Origin: an uncultured Ruminococcus sp.
GTDB taxonomy: Bacteria > Bacillota > Clostridia > Oscillospirales > Ruminococcaceae
Length of the DNA: 52,436 nt
Direction of reading: 5' to 3'
Assembly (NCBI GenBank): GCA_949283725.1
Contig: CASDUD010000162.1
Span: forward strand, 1 to 52,436
Below, piece by piece: positions 19,746 through 29,444 of the stretch (the first letter of the stretch is position 1; the number at the start of each line of letters is the position of its first letter). The position numbers were made by a program, and so were the translations under genes. Below the pieces are notes generated by a model. That model had not been told where the DNA came from, ran no database searches, and saw only the letters and a program-made list of their open reading frames with translations.

Positions 19746-19774
19746 ATTATACACCTTTTTCGAAAAAAAGTCAA
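19746..19774 (-). promoter_or_regulatory. SigmaA promoter of serC-serA
   Basis: TTGACT-17 nt-TATAAT. Confidence 0.75.
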
Positions 19775-20400
19775 GATATTGAAAAAGTTGAGACAGACTG
19801 ACTGCGCATTTTATCAAAAATCCACCAATCCGCGTGAAAATCCGTCCCTGTCATGCGTCTGGCGAAAGTACAATCTTGCCATTATACATCCAACCGGATC
19901 AATTGGATCGATTTTCTCATAAAATTCCCATCCGCAAGCGTCCTATATATTTTGTATCCCCATTATATCATACAATGCGTAGATTGTCCACATCCAAAAA
20001 CGTTTCGCCGGCAACCTGCATACGCCAAATGCACATTACACAGTTTTATCTCTGTATTGCCATTGCCATGCCCGGCGGAAAGCATCCGGCACAAGTCCCA
20101 TTTTCCACGGAATGCTTTGCGCAAAATGTCTGTTATGCAACTGCCCTGCACGTTTCGATGCCCCTTTCCCCGCCCTGCCAGAAGCCGCAGGCATTGCTGT
20201 GGGGCTACAGCTGTAAATTTACAGCCTTCTTTCTGTAAACTTTCTATGAAAGTTGCACGCGCACGTGCAACTTTTCCCGTCTGCGGGGCTATTTATGGAG
20301 GGACTTTTTTCTCCGATCGACAAAATGCCGGATGCCGTCTCGTGCGCAGTGGGCACGGGAGCGTTGCATCTGGCAGAGGTAGAAAGGCGTGTGGCACGAA

Positions 20401-21444
20401 ATGGCACAAAAGAAAAAATATTACTGGCTAAAGCTGAAGAACGACTTCTTCGATGACGATGCCATCAGCTGGCTCGAGGAGCAGGAACACGGAGCGGAAT
20501 ATGTGCTGTTCTATATAAAGCTATGCCTAAAATCGCTGGAATCAGACGGATATCTGATCCGAAAGGTCGGCGAAATGCGGGTGCCCTATGACACAAAGCG
20601 CCTGGCAGAAATCACGCGAACCACCTTCGACACCGTGGTCGTGGCCATGGAACTGCTGAAAAAAATGGGCATGATTGAGGTACTGGCGGACGGAACGCTG
20701 TATCTCGCACAAGTGGAACAAATGACAGGCGCAGAAACCCCAAAGGCAGAGATCATGCGCCGTTCCCGCGCCAAGAAAAAGCTTGCCGCTGCCGAAGCGG
20801 AGGCGGCTTTGGAGACAGTTCCCCCGGATGATACCCCTGCGGCACCCGTGTGTGGGAACCGTGTGACCACAATGTTTCCCGAGGACGGTAACATAGTAGA
20901 TGCAGAGTATAGAGAACAGAGTATAGAGAATAGAGATCAGAGTATAGAGCATACAACGACAGATCCCATGCGCCAGACGCCTGAAGGCAGCCGCACGGAA
21001 GATGGGCAGGGAGATGGCGAAGAGGGCGCACATGGCCATACGCATACGCCGCCTCCCGTTGAAGCGATAGGGGAAACGGCTTCGGCACCGGCGGCGGACG
21101 ACTGTCAGCCAATCATCGACCTGTATCACAGCATCTGTACCAGCTATCCAAAGCTTCGGGGGCTGTCGGAAAAACGAAAAAAAGCCATCCGTGCCAGGGC
21201 AAGGGTGCATCCACAGGCCGATTTCCGGCTTGTATTTGAACACGCACAAGCCAGTCGTTTCCTAAAGGGCGGAAACCCTCGAAACTGGTCGGCGGATTTC
21301 GACTGGATGATGTGCGAGGGCAACTTTGACAAGATTTTAGAGGGCAAATATGACGACCACACCCCCACAGAAGGAGGCAATACACATGGCACAAACGACA
21401 CCATTCCCAGCATACCTGCCGTCCTGGATGAAGGCATCATTTGA
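20401..21444 (+). CDS. Phage-type replisome organizer / replication initiator
   Basis: N-terminus KKYYWLKLKNDFF...FYIKLCLKSL is typical of the phage replisome-organizer N-terminal domain. Low-complexity linker, then WSADFDWMM...NFDKILEGKYD, typical of Firmicute phage initiator C-termini. Confidence 0.85.
   Translation: MAQKKKYYWLKLKNDFFDDDAISWLEEQEHGAEYVLFYIKLCLKSLESDGYLIRKVGEMRVPYDTKRLAEITRTTFDTVVVAMELLKKMGMIEVLADGTLYLAQVEQMTGAETPKAEIMRRSRAKKKLAAAEAEAALETVPPDDTPAAPVCGNRVTTMFPEDGNIVDAEYREQSIENRDQSIEHTTTDPMRQTPEGSRTEDGQGDGEEGAHGHTHTPPPVEAIGETASAPAADDCQPIIDLYHSICTSYPKLRGLSEKRKKAIRARARVHPQADFRLVFEHAQASRFLKGGNPRNWSADFDWMMCEGNFDKILEGKYDDHTPTEGGNTHGTNDTIPSIPAVLDEGII
20903..20949 (+). repeat. Iteron-like direct repeats inside the initiator gene
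   Basis: Three perfect CAGAGTATAGAG copies at 20903, 20917 and 20938. Confidence 0.85.
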
Positions 21445-22237
21445 GCAGGCCGCCGCCGCGATAGAGCCGATAGACCCTGCGGACTTTGACCAGCTGCAAT
21501 GCGACTGGTACAATGCCATAGAAGGGCATCTCACGGGCTATGACTGCAAGGCGTGCAAAAATCGAGGGTATATCGCTGTACTCGAGGACGGCTATCAGCT
21601 CCACAAGGAGTGCGCCTGTATGAAGATCCGGCGAAACCGAAAGAATATGCACCAATCCGGGCTTTCAGACGCGCTGGATCGCATGACGTTTGACAGCTAC
21701 CGCTGTACCGAACCATGGCAGGAACGGGCAAGAGATGCCGCGATGCACTATGTAGACAAGCAAGACGGGCGGTGGCTGTATCTCGCGGGGCAGTCCGGAA
21801 CCGGGAAAACACACCTGTGTACAGCGGTCTGCGGCGCATTGTTACAGCGCGGCGTTTCCGTCCGGTACGAAATGTGGCGGTCGCTGTGCCGGGAGATGCA
21901 GCGGTTTGAAACACGGGATCAAAAGCTGGCGGAGATGGCGGCGTGTGATGTGCTGTACATCGACGATTTCCTGAAAAACGCGGCGATCCAGACGGCCCCA
22001 AACGAGCCGTATCGCCAAACCCGACTGGACGGAGAGCTGCGAAAAGAAATCAACCTCGCTTTTGAAATCATCAACGAACGCTATATCCGAAAAAAGCCCC
22101 TGATTCTCTCCAGCGAGGTACTTCTTCGCCCGCTGTTTCAGCTCGACGGGGCAATTGCCGGACGCATTCGGGAACGCTGCGGCGGATTCGTGATCCAGAT
22201 TCGCCACGGAGAGGCGCGCAACTATCGGATGCAATAA
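21386..22237 (+). CDS. DnaC/IstB-like AAA+ ATPase (phage-type helicase loader)
   Basis: CKAC...CAC Zn-binding N-terminus, Walker A GQSGTGKT, Walker B VLYIDD, IAGRIRE Arg-finger region. AAGGAGG RBS lies within the upstream gene. Confidence 0.88.
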   Translation: MAQTTPFPAYLPSWMKASFEQAAAAIEPIDPADFDQLQCDWYNAIEGHLTGYDCKACKNRGYIAVLEDGYQLHKECACMKIRRNRKNMHQSGLSDALDRMTFDSYRCTEPWQERARDAAMHYVDKQDGRWLYLAGQSGTGKTHLCTAVCGALLQRGVSVRYEMWRSLCREMQRFETRDQKLAEMAACDVLYIDDFLKNAAIQTAPNEPYRQTRLDGELRKEINLAFEIINERYIRKKPLILSSEVLLRPLFQLDGAIAGRIRERCGGFVIQIRHGEARNYRMQ

Positions 22238-22359
22238 GAACCTATCTGCACCAGATGTCCCGGCAGCGTTTGGGCATCTGCTCGTGGCTCTTGTGAAGAT
22301 AGGTTCTAAGCGCTTGTTTCATATCTAGGCGTGCGGAGAGATGCAAAAACAGGTTCTAA
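22235..22359. repeat. Two tandem family-B-type palindromic elements sharing TAA junctions
   Basis: TAA-GAACCTATCT...AGATAGGTTC-TAA-GCGCTTGTTTC...AAAACAGGTTC-TAA. The first TAA is the stop codon of the ATPase gene. Confidence 0.85.
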
Positions 22360-22504
22360 GCGTAAGCCGCGCCGGGCGGAGACACGAAAAAAATCCGCCA
22401 CATCGTGACGGACCTTTTTCGCGCTTTATTCACCTCCGGTCAACGCTTGCCCTACAAAAGCACCGAAAAAAAGCGCTATGCTATAAAGGAGGTATAGGTA
22501 AACT

Positions 22505-22580
22505 TGGTTGGAGTAGCTGGATTCGAACCAGCGGAATGACGGAGTCAAAGTCCGTTGCCTTACCACTTGGCTATACCCCA
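22505..22580 (-). tRNA. tRNA-Gln(UUG)
   Basis: Cloverleaf TGGGGTATAGCCAAGTGGTAAGGC...CTTTGAC...GGTTCGAATCC...CCA. Promoter TTGACA-17-TATACT at 22687-22715. Confidence 0.96.
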
Positions 22581-22819
22581 GTTGTGCGCAACTGCCGCTA
22601 TGGGCAGTGCGCTAGGGAACCACAGAATCCATCACGCCGAACGGCGCAACCTGCACACAAAAACGGATCCGTGTTTCCCTCCATTTAGTATATCATATTT
22701 TGGGAACCATGTCAAGCATTTTTTTGACAGCAGCGGCATCTGGGTGTCATATGAGCCAAAAGGCGCCCCTAGGCAGCCCCGCGCGCACAGCCGATCCAGC
22801 AGCATCTAGCGCGTGTTCT

Positions 22820-23215
22820 CTATGAGAACAGGATCTGCACAGCAAAGAACGCCGCTATGCAAAACACATAGATGCCCGTCAGCCGCAAGAGCAACGGAAA
22901 TCGCAAATCCACTTTCCGATAGTGGTTCTGGGGCTGGTTCGGGTCGATGAAGAGCGTGTGCCGGCTGCCGATGTTCCCGTTTTGGATGCGGGTTCTAGCG
23001 GGCACCGTATAGTGTACGCCGCCGTAATCAAAGCCATATATACTCGTTCGGTTCTTGCCCCCTCGAGCGTAATCGTGGTGACTCGAATACCGTTCCACCA
23101 CCGCCTCGACCGGCACCGTACAGCCCATTGTCATCCGGCGCCGTACCACAACGGACACCACGATCAGTGCCACCGCGATTAGGAAAAACTGCAGAAGTAT
23201 TATGAAGCGTATCAT
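22820..23215 (-). CDS. Small two-TM membrane protein (DUF3592-like architecture)
   Basis: N- and C-terminal hydrophobic helices around a beta-rich loop (IYGFDYGGVHY...IDPNQP). Starts just after the upstream stop. Confidence 0.65.
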   Translation of the reverse strand: MIRFIILLQFFLIAVALIVVSVVVRRRMTMGCTVPVEAVVERYSSHHDYARGGKNRTSIYGFDYGGVHYTVPARTRIQNGNIGSRHTLFIDPNQPQNHYRKVDLRFPLLLRLTGIYVFCIAAFFAVQILFS

Positions 23216-23222
23216 CGCGCAA

Positions 23223-23876
23223 TCACCCCAAAATCGTATAGGTTTCGCCACTGCAAACGACCATAATTTCGCTTTCTTCCAGCAAGGTGATTTCGTTGCC
23301 GTCGGCATCCACGCCCTGCATCGTCACCGCGATATCATACAAGGCATCGCTCTGTGCTTCCAGGTCGGTGGCAAATGATTCGCCGAAGAGCTCCACGAAC
23401 ACGTCCATATAGGTCTCCACGAAATCCTCATCCACTCCCGCCTCTTCTGCCAGCGACTGCGCCGGGATCATCTCCAAAGCGGTAATGGTGAAATCGTCCG
23501 TGCCGGCATAGCTCACCAGCATTTGATGGCACTGTTCCAGCCCCGTTTCCAGGCTCACACGGGCTCCATCCGTTTCCGACAGGGACGACAGATAGGTCTG
23601 ATACACCTCGTTGATCTGCTGTACATACAAGTCATAATTCTGCGTCTCAATGGCGTAGAAATACTGCGCAATGGCCTGTGCCGCCCCCGCTGGGATGGTC
23701 TCGCTGTCATAGGTCAGCGTATAGTCCATCGCCGCCGGGTCGGATTCCGTCACCGTATAGGAATCCGCCGATGACGAAGTCTGGCTGGATGTTGTATCTC
23801 TGTCGCATCCGCAGAGCGACAGCAGTACCCCTATCGTAAATCCCCCCGTCAAAACGCTTCGAATCCGTGTATGCAT
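23223..23876 (-). CDS. Hypothetical acidic lipoprotein
   Basis: LLSLCGC lipobox, Ser/Thr linker, AAAGGA RBS. Confidence 0.7.
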   Translation of the reverse strand: MHTRIRSVLTGGFTIGVLLSLCGCDRDTTSSQTSSSADSYTVTESDPAAMDYTLTYDSETIPAGAAQAIAQYFYAIETQNYDLYVQQINEVYQTYLSSLSETDGARVSLETGLEQCHQMLVSYAGTDDFTITALEMIPAQSLAEEAGVDEDFVETYMDVFVELFGESFATDLEAQSDALYDIAVTMQGVDADGNEITLLEESEIMVVCSGETYTILG

Positions 23877-23906
23877 ACAAACATTTCCTTTCTGATGGGT
23901 GCGCAC

Positions 23907-24602
23907 TTACGCCAACGTCTGGGTGGCGATGCCGTTTTCCTGCGCCCAGCTCTCGATCGCCGACCCGGCCGGGCAGACGATCGTCACCGCCAGCGGCTCG
24001 GCGCCTTCCACCAATCCCCAGCGCGCATATTCCAGCGATGGATTGCACACCGTCAATTCCATTAGGCTGGCGCACCCGGTGAACGCCTCTTCCTGCACAG
24101 CGGTCACCGTCTCTGGGAGCGTGATGGCGGTCAGCGACGAACAGCCCGCAAACGCCGCCCGGTCGATCTGCGAAACGGTATCCGGAATTTGCACCGTCGT
24201 CAACATCCCGCAGTCCATAAAGGCGCCTTCCTCGATGCGTGCCAAGCCATTCGGGAGCGTCACGCTCGTCAAATCCCAGTTCGCTTCAAACGCGTGGTTG
24301 GCGATGGCAGACACCACATAATTATCCACCGTTGCCGGGATATCCAGCGCCGTCTCTGTCCCCTGATAGCCGGTGATAGAAATCGTGCCATCTTCGTTCA
24401 CTTCATACTGGAACACGGACGCTTCTGGTTCTGTATTGCTTTCGCCGTCCACCGCCGCATCGACCGCCGCTTCGCTGGTGGTATCGACAAGGCTGTCGGT
24501 GCTTTCAGTCTCCGTCTGGCCGCTGCACCCCACGGCGCTCACCACAAAGGCGGCGGTCAAAAGGGCTGCCCAAAGGGCTTTTTTCCAATGGTATTTCATC
24601 AT
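23907..24602 (-). CDS. BspA-type LRR lipoprotein
   Basis: SAVGC lipobox. Repeats such as LTSVTLPNGLARIEEGAFMDC and IPDTVSQIDRAAFAGC. Confidence 0.85.
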   Translation of the reverse strand: MMKYHWKKALWAALLTAAFVVSAVGCSGQTETESTDSLVDTTSEAAVDAAVDGESNTEPEASVFQYEVNEDGTISITGYQGTETALDIPATVDNYVVSAIANHAFEANWDLTSVTLPNGLARIEEGAFMDCGMLTTVQIPDTVSQIDRAAFAGCSSLTAITLPETVTAVQEEAFTGCASLMELTVCNPSLEYARWGLVEGAEPLAVTIVCPAGSAIESWAQENGIATQTLA

Positions 24603-24723
24603 AATTCGTTCCTCTCTGTCGTACAGCGCACAAAGCTTGCCTGCGGCTCTCTGCCTTACAGCTTGTGCGAAAGCGTCTCGAAAATCCGCACATCTATGGT
24701 ATGCAAACCCATATGGATGCGCC

Positions 24724-26547
24724 TTATCGAATCTTGCCCCGCATTTTGGCACGCTGTTGATTGCTCAAAATCTGCTTACGGATACGCAGTGTCTTGGGGG
24801 TAACCTCCAGCAGTTCGTCGTCTGCCAGAAACTCTAAACAGTCCTCCAGGCTGAGATTTCTCGGCGGCACCAGACGCAGGGCATCGTCACTGCCGCTGGC
24901 GCGGGTATTGGTCAGATGCTTGCGCTTGCACACATTCACCACCAGATCCTCTGCCTTGGGCGAGGCGCCGACTACCATGCCCTCATACACCGGCACACCC
25001 GCCCCGATGAACAACGCCCCACGTTCCTGGGCATTATACAGCCCATAGGTGACGGCCTCCCCCGTCTCGAAGGAGATCAGTGAGCCGGTGTTGCGCCGAG
25101 GAATATCGCCTTTATAGGGCTGGTACTCGTGAAACACACTACTCATAATGCCCTCGCCCTTGGTATCGGTGAGGAATTCACTCTTATAGCCGAACAGGCC
25201 TCGAGAGGGAATGAGGAAGGTCAGGCGGGTACGGGTGCCCTGGGGATGCATATCCTGGAGTTCCGCTTTCCGTGCGCCGAGTTTTTCCATCACACTGCCG
25301 ACGCAGTCCTCTGGCACATCGATGGACAGTTCTTCCACCGGTTCATACCGTTTTCCATCAATTTCCCGATACAGCACCCGCGGTGTAGACACGCCCAGTT
25401 CATACCCTTCGCGGCGCATATTCTCAATCAAAATCGACAGGTGCATCTCGCCCCGTCCTGCCACCTGAAAGGCATCGGTGCTGTCTGTCTCGGTCACCCG
25501 CAAGGATACGTCCCGGAGCAGTTCCCGCATCAGCCGATCCCGGAGCTGGCGGGAGGTGACGAACTTCCCATCCTGACCCGCAAAGGGGCTGTCATTGACG
25601 CGAAAGGTCATCTCCACCGTGGGTTCGCTGATTTTCGTAAACGGCAGCGGTTCGAAGCAATCCGGCGCACAGACCGTATCGCCGATGGAGATGTTCTCGA
25701 TGCCGCTGATCCAAACGATATCCCCCACCGTAGCCGTCTCAGCCGGCACACGCTGCAAACCCTGGATTTGCAGCAGGGACACGATTTTATTCTTCCGGGC
25801 ATTTTCCGGGTCGTGATAGTTGCCGAGCAGCACCTGCTGTCCCACATGGATGGTGCCCCGGCTGATTCTGCCGATGCCAATCCGACCCACATATTCGTTG
25901 TAGTCGATGGAAGAGATCAGCATCTGGAGTGGCGCCGTTTCGTCCCCCTCCGGCGGGTCGATATAGGACATGATCGTGTCGAACAGCGGCTTGAGATCCG
26001 TACCGGCTTCATGCGGGGCATAGCTTGCCGTACCGGCTCTCCCGGAGCAATACAAAAAGGGCGTATTTTCGAGCTGCTCCTCGCTGGCGTCCAGATCCAT
26101 CAGCAGCTCCAGCACCTCATCGGCAATCTCATCCAGCCGGGCATCGGGGCGGTCGATCTTGTTGACCACCACAATGATTTTCAGCCCCATTTCCAGCGCC
26201 TTAGACAGCACAAAGCGCGTCTGGGGCATCGGGCCTTCTGCGGCATCCACCAGCAGAATCGCACCATCCACCATACTCAGCACACGCTCCACCTCGCCGC
26301 CGAAATCGGCGTGGCCGGGGGTGTCGATGATATTGATCTTCGTATCCCCATAGCGCACAGATGTATTCTTCGCCAGAATGGTAATCCCGCGCTCTCGCTC
26401 TAGGTCGTTGGAATCCATCACACGCTCTGCGACCGCCTGGTTCTCTCGGAACACACCGCCCTGTTTCAGCATCTCGTCCACGAGCGTAGTCTTTCCGTGG
26501 TCTACGTGCGCAATGATGGCAACATTTCTCAAATCCTCACGTATCAT
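24724..26547 (-). CDS. typA: Translational GTPase TypA/BipA
   Basis: [60 protein letters not shown]. Confidence 0.97.
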   Translation of the reverse strand: MIREDLRNVAIIAHVDHGKTTLVDEMLKQGGVFRENQAVAERVMDSNDLERERGITILAKNTSVRYGDTKINIIDTPGHADFGGEVERVLSMVDGAILLVDAAEGPMPQTRFVLSKALEMGLKIIVVVNKIDRPDARLDEIADEVLELLMDLDASEEQLENTPFLYCSGRAGTASYAPHEAGTDLKPLFDTIMSYIDPPEGDETAPLQMLISSIDYNEYVGRIGIGRISRGTIHVGQQVLLGNYHDPENARKNKIVSLLQIQGLQRVPAETATVGDIVWISGIENISIGDTVCAPDCFEPLPFTKISEPTVEMTFRVNDSPFAGQDGKFVTSRQLRDRLMRELLRDVSLRVTETDSTDAFQVAGRGEMHLSILIENMRREGYELGVSTPRVLYREIDGKRYEPVEELSIDVPEDCVGSVMEKLGARKAELQDMHPQGTRTRLTFLIPSRGLFGYKSEFLTDTKGEGIMSSVFHEYQPYKGDIPRRNTGSLISFETGEAVTYGLYNAQERGALFIGAGVPVYEGMVVGASPKAEDLVVNVCKRKHLTNTRASGSDDALRLVPPRNLSLEDCLEFLADDELLEVTPKTLRIRKQILSNQQRAKMRGKIR

Positions 26548-26692
26548 AATTTCGCTTCCTCTTTCCCGTGAAGAAACCCCCAGATCCATCCCGTCTGCGG
26601 CGCAATCTGCGCACACGGGACGGCATCCGTGTTTCCTGCGTTTCTTGTATCCTTGCATCTACAAGCCATACATATGCGGCAACACCGTTATG

Positions 26693-26730
26693 AAAACGAA
26701 AAACAGGCAAACTCCCGAGGAGTCTGCCTG
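26693..26730 (-). terminator. Terminator after tRNA-Thr/Tyr
   Basis: CAGGCAGACTC-ctcgg-GAGTTTGCCTG followed by TTTTTCGTTTT. Confidence 0.75.
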
Positions 26731-26735
26731 CTCAC

Positions 26736-26820
26736 TGGTGGGGGAGGACGGATTCGAACCATCGAAGCTAGAAGCAACAGATTTACAGTCTGCCCCCTTT
26801 GGCCACTCGGGAACTCCCCC
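26736..26820 (-). tRNA. tRNA-Tyr(GUA)
   Basis: GGGGGAGTTCCCGAGTGGCCAAAGGG...CTGTAAA, long variable arm, GGTTCGAATCC...CCA. Confidence 0.96.
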
Positions 26821-26847
26821 ATGTACATATGTAAGGTTGTAGAATAT

Positions 26848-26923
26848 TGGAGCTGGTGGACGGACTTGAACCCCCGACCTGCTGATTACAAATCAGCTGC
26901 TCTACCAACTGAGCTACACCAGC
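26848..26923 (-). tRNA. tRNA-Thr(UGU)
   Basis: GCTGGTGTAGCTCAGTTGGTAGAGC...TTTGTAA...GGTTCAAGTCC...CCA. Promoter TTGACA-17-TAAAAT at 26939-26967. Confidence 0.96.
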
Positions 26924-27072
26924 GCTGCAACGTATATTATTTTAACACAGCTTTGAGAACTTGTCAAGCAATTCTTGTTCATTTCTTATTTTTAAAAGTT
27001 CCACCCCCCTTTTTTGGAACATTTCAACTCATCGAACCGCTATTTTACACCAAAATGCGCCAGTCATTCCAT

Positions 27073-27108
27073 AAAAAAGCACGTCTCCGTGAAAAACGAA
27101 GACGTGCG
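27073..27108 (-). terminator. Terminator of the GntR/ABC operon
   Basis: GCACGTCT...AGACGTGCTTTTTT. Confidence 0.75.
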
Positions 27109-27135
27109 GTTTATGGTTCTATTACGATACGCTTT

Positions 27136-29286
27136 TTACTCCGTATAATACCAGTTCAGCCCGAGGAAGGCTTCTGTCCGAAGGGCTTCGATGGCATCTG
27201 CATCGAGGGCAAAGAGTGCGCACTGCACCTCTGTATTCTCGCTGCGATAACCATCCGCATCGGCGGGCTCATAGCCGTTGGCCTGAATGGTGACATAAGT
27301 ATCATCCGGCGAAATGGCGCCCGGCTGGCGATACTCGTACAGCTGTGCAATCAATTCCGTGCCCTGGCGCAGTGAGCCATAGGGATCTTGATAATATTCC
27401 GCCACGAGCGTATCGTTCTGTCCGTCCATGATCTGTATCCAAAGTCCCAGATTCTCCTCTGCATACTGTGCCACAAAATCCGGGAGCGTCTCGGTTTCTT
27501 CGCTGTACTGTGCCTGTATGGACTCGGCGTACAGCTGTGTGGTATTGGGCATCAGCTCCGCCACAATCGGGCAGCTCAGAATATAGGAATTCCCCTCATA
27601 GACGCACTGATACTGAATGACGGCATAGATATCGTCCCAGTTGGTAATGGCCTGGTACAGCGGTTCAAAGTCACACGCTGCCAGTTCCTTCTGATACGAA
27701 TCCCAGACCTGCGCCAGTGCCGTGTCCTCCAGCGAGAACTGGTCGCCAAAGCTGGAAGTCATCGTGCCTTCCACCGGCTCTGGCAGTGTTTTCCAGAGTG
27801 CCACATAGTCCTCCGTCTGCTGTAATGCGTTCGCCCAGGTCTTCTGCTCACTACTGGGGAGGAAGATCCGTCGGCAAAGGGTCTTTTGCGCGGTTCGAAT
27901 TTGTACGATATATTCCGTATAGCCATAGCCCATGCCATTGCCATTATAATATTTGCTATAATAGCCGTTGGCACCACCGTTTTCCCAAGTCTTTATATTC
28001 TCATCCAAATAATAGGATACTAGGGCAATCATATCCGCGTCTGTGATTTCCACGCCACTCGCCTGCATCGCCACATAGTCACCAAATTGAAGGTAGCTGT
28101 CCGGCGTATAATAGGACGCATCATAGCTTAGGGAAATGCTTTCGATCTCCTGTGCCGCTGGACGCTGGGCAATAATATGGTTCTGTGCCAGATGCATCCC
28201 GCCATAGGCGGCGACGTTCAGCACGGCCACCACCAAAAGTCCCGGCATGGCCTTCCCAAGGTTCCGCCAGCTCCGCTTGGTGATCAACTCATAGATACAG
28301 TAGATCAGCACGCCGATGCAGTACAAAAAGACATACATAATCCAATCCGATCCCAGTGCCTGCTCGTTGTAGAGGCTGATGGTCACAAAGGAACAGAACG
28401 TCATCGTCAGGGCAATGCGATAGGTGTGCTGGAGCCAGCGGTTCGGCGCAGACTGGCCAGCGGCTTCGCTGCGCCGGCGGCAGAACAACACCCCGCCCAG
28501 CACGAGGTATACCAATATCAGTAGACTGGTGTACACCAGCGACTGCCACGTCGGGTCGGTCAGCGAATCGCCAAAACCGCTGCCGCCGAAAAAGGCCGTA
28601 AGCAGTCCAAAGAGCAGATTGTTCTCACTCCGGAAGAACCCCGACGTCTCGGGCTGTGCCACATAGAATGCCATATTGGATACTGTTCCGTTATAGAAAA
28701 GTTCGATCAGCGTCCGGGGCAGAAACAGTAGCAGCACCGATACGAGCACATTGGTGAACACCGTGCCCGTCACGCTCATCGCCACCAGCACGCCCGCCAT
28801 CGCCAGCAGGGCAATCAGCCCGACCGTCAGGGCAAACGCGCCCACCGTCGGATATAGCACAATGACATGGTCCCGGATGCACAGCGTAATCAGCAGACTG
28901 ACCGCCGTGTTCACCGCCAGCACGACCACCACCCACATCACAATGGCGAGCGCATAGCTGCAAAAGAGTGTACTGCGCTTATGAGGCAGTGCGTGGTAAA
29001 TATCCGATGCCGCCCGGCTGTCCAAAAAGTGGAACAGCACCAGCGTCATCAGCGGCGCCATGCAGAGAACCAGCAACAGCGCCGGATTCAGCTCCAGCCC
29101 GTTGAGTACAGTGCGGCTCCAGCCAGTCGACCACTGCATCGACTCTACGCTGCTGATATAGGTAGACACCGGTACAAAAATCGCACCCAGCAACGTAGCG
29201 ATCATAAACAAGATCCCGATCATCTGGCACTGGCGGAAACCCTCTCGAATCAGCCGCCAGGAAAAAATCGATTCTTTCTGTTTCAT
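27136..29286 (-). CDS. ABC-2-type transporter permease with large extracellular C-terminal domain (YtrC/D-like)
   Basis: About 9-10 TM helices, YHALPHKRSTLF motif, GGAGG RBS before ATG 29286. Confidence 0.85.
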   Translation of the reverse strand: MKQKESIFSWRLIREGFRQCQMIGILFMIATLLGAIFVPVSTYISSVESMQWSTGWSRTVLNGLELNPALLLVLCMAPLMTLVLFHFLDSRAASDIYHALPHKRSTLFCSYALAIVMWVVVVLAVNTAVSLLITLCIRDHVIVLYPTVGAFALTVGLIALLAMAGVLVAMSVTGTVFTNVLVSVLLLFLPRTLIELFYNGTVSNMAFYVAQPETSGFFRSENNLLFGLLTAFFGGSGFGDSLTDPTWQSLVYTSLLILVYLVLGGVLFCRRRSEAAGQSAPNRWLQHTYRIALTMTFCSFVTISLYNEQALGSDWIMYVFLYCIGVLIYCIYELITKRSWRNLGKAMPGLLVVAVLNVAAYGGMHLAQNHIIAQRPAAQEIESISLSYDASYYTPDSYLQFGDYVAMQASGVEITDADMIALVSYYLDENIKTWENGGANGYYSKYYNGNGMGYGYTEYIVQIRTAQKTLCRRIFLPSSEQKTWANALQQTEDYVALWKTLPEPVEGTMTSSFGDQFSLEDTALAQVWDSYQKELAACDFEPLYQAITNWDDIYAVIQYQCVYEGNSYILSCPIVAELMPNTTQLYAESIQAQYSEETETLPDFVAQYAEENLGLWIQIMDGQNDTLVAEYYQDPYGSLRQGTELIAQLYEYRQPGAISPDDTYVTIQANGYEPADADGYRSENTEVQCALFALDADAIEALRTEAFLGLNWYYTE

Positions 29287-29444
29287 TGGAAACATCCTCC
29301 CCTCATCTGTACATAGGTATAGACGCACAGCACGCCCAATCCAACCACCAGCAGCAGAACACCCACAGATGCCCAAAACTGGCGGCGTGCCTTCTGTTTT
29401 TCATACACCCTGCCATACAGGGTATGTTTTTCCAAATCACGCAT
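29283..29444 (-). CDS. Small (53 aa) single-TM protein within the ABC operon
   Basis: AGGAGG RBS. Start overlaps the ATPase 3' end and stop overlaps the permease start (ATGA). Sequence MRDLEKHTLYGRVYEKQKARRQFWASVGVLLLVVGLGVLCVYTYVQMRGGCFQ. Confidence 0.7.
   Translation of the reverse strand: MRDLEKHTLYGRVYEKQKARRQFWASVGVLLLVVGLGVLCVYTYVQMRGGCFQ

Noticed and set aside
19780-22580. Intact prophage or ICE integrated at tRNA-Gln
   Set aside because: No integrase, structural or conjugation genes, and I found no duplicated tRNA 3' end on the left flank.
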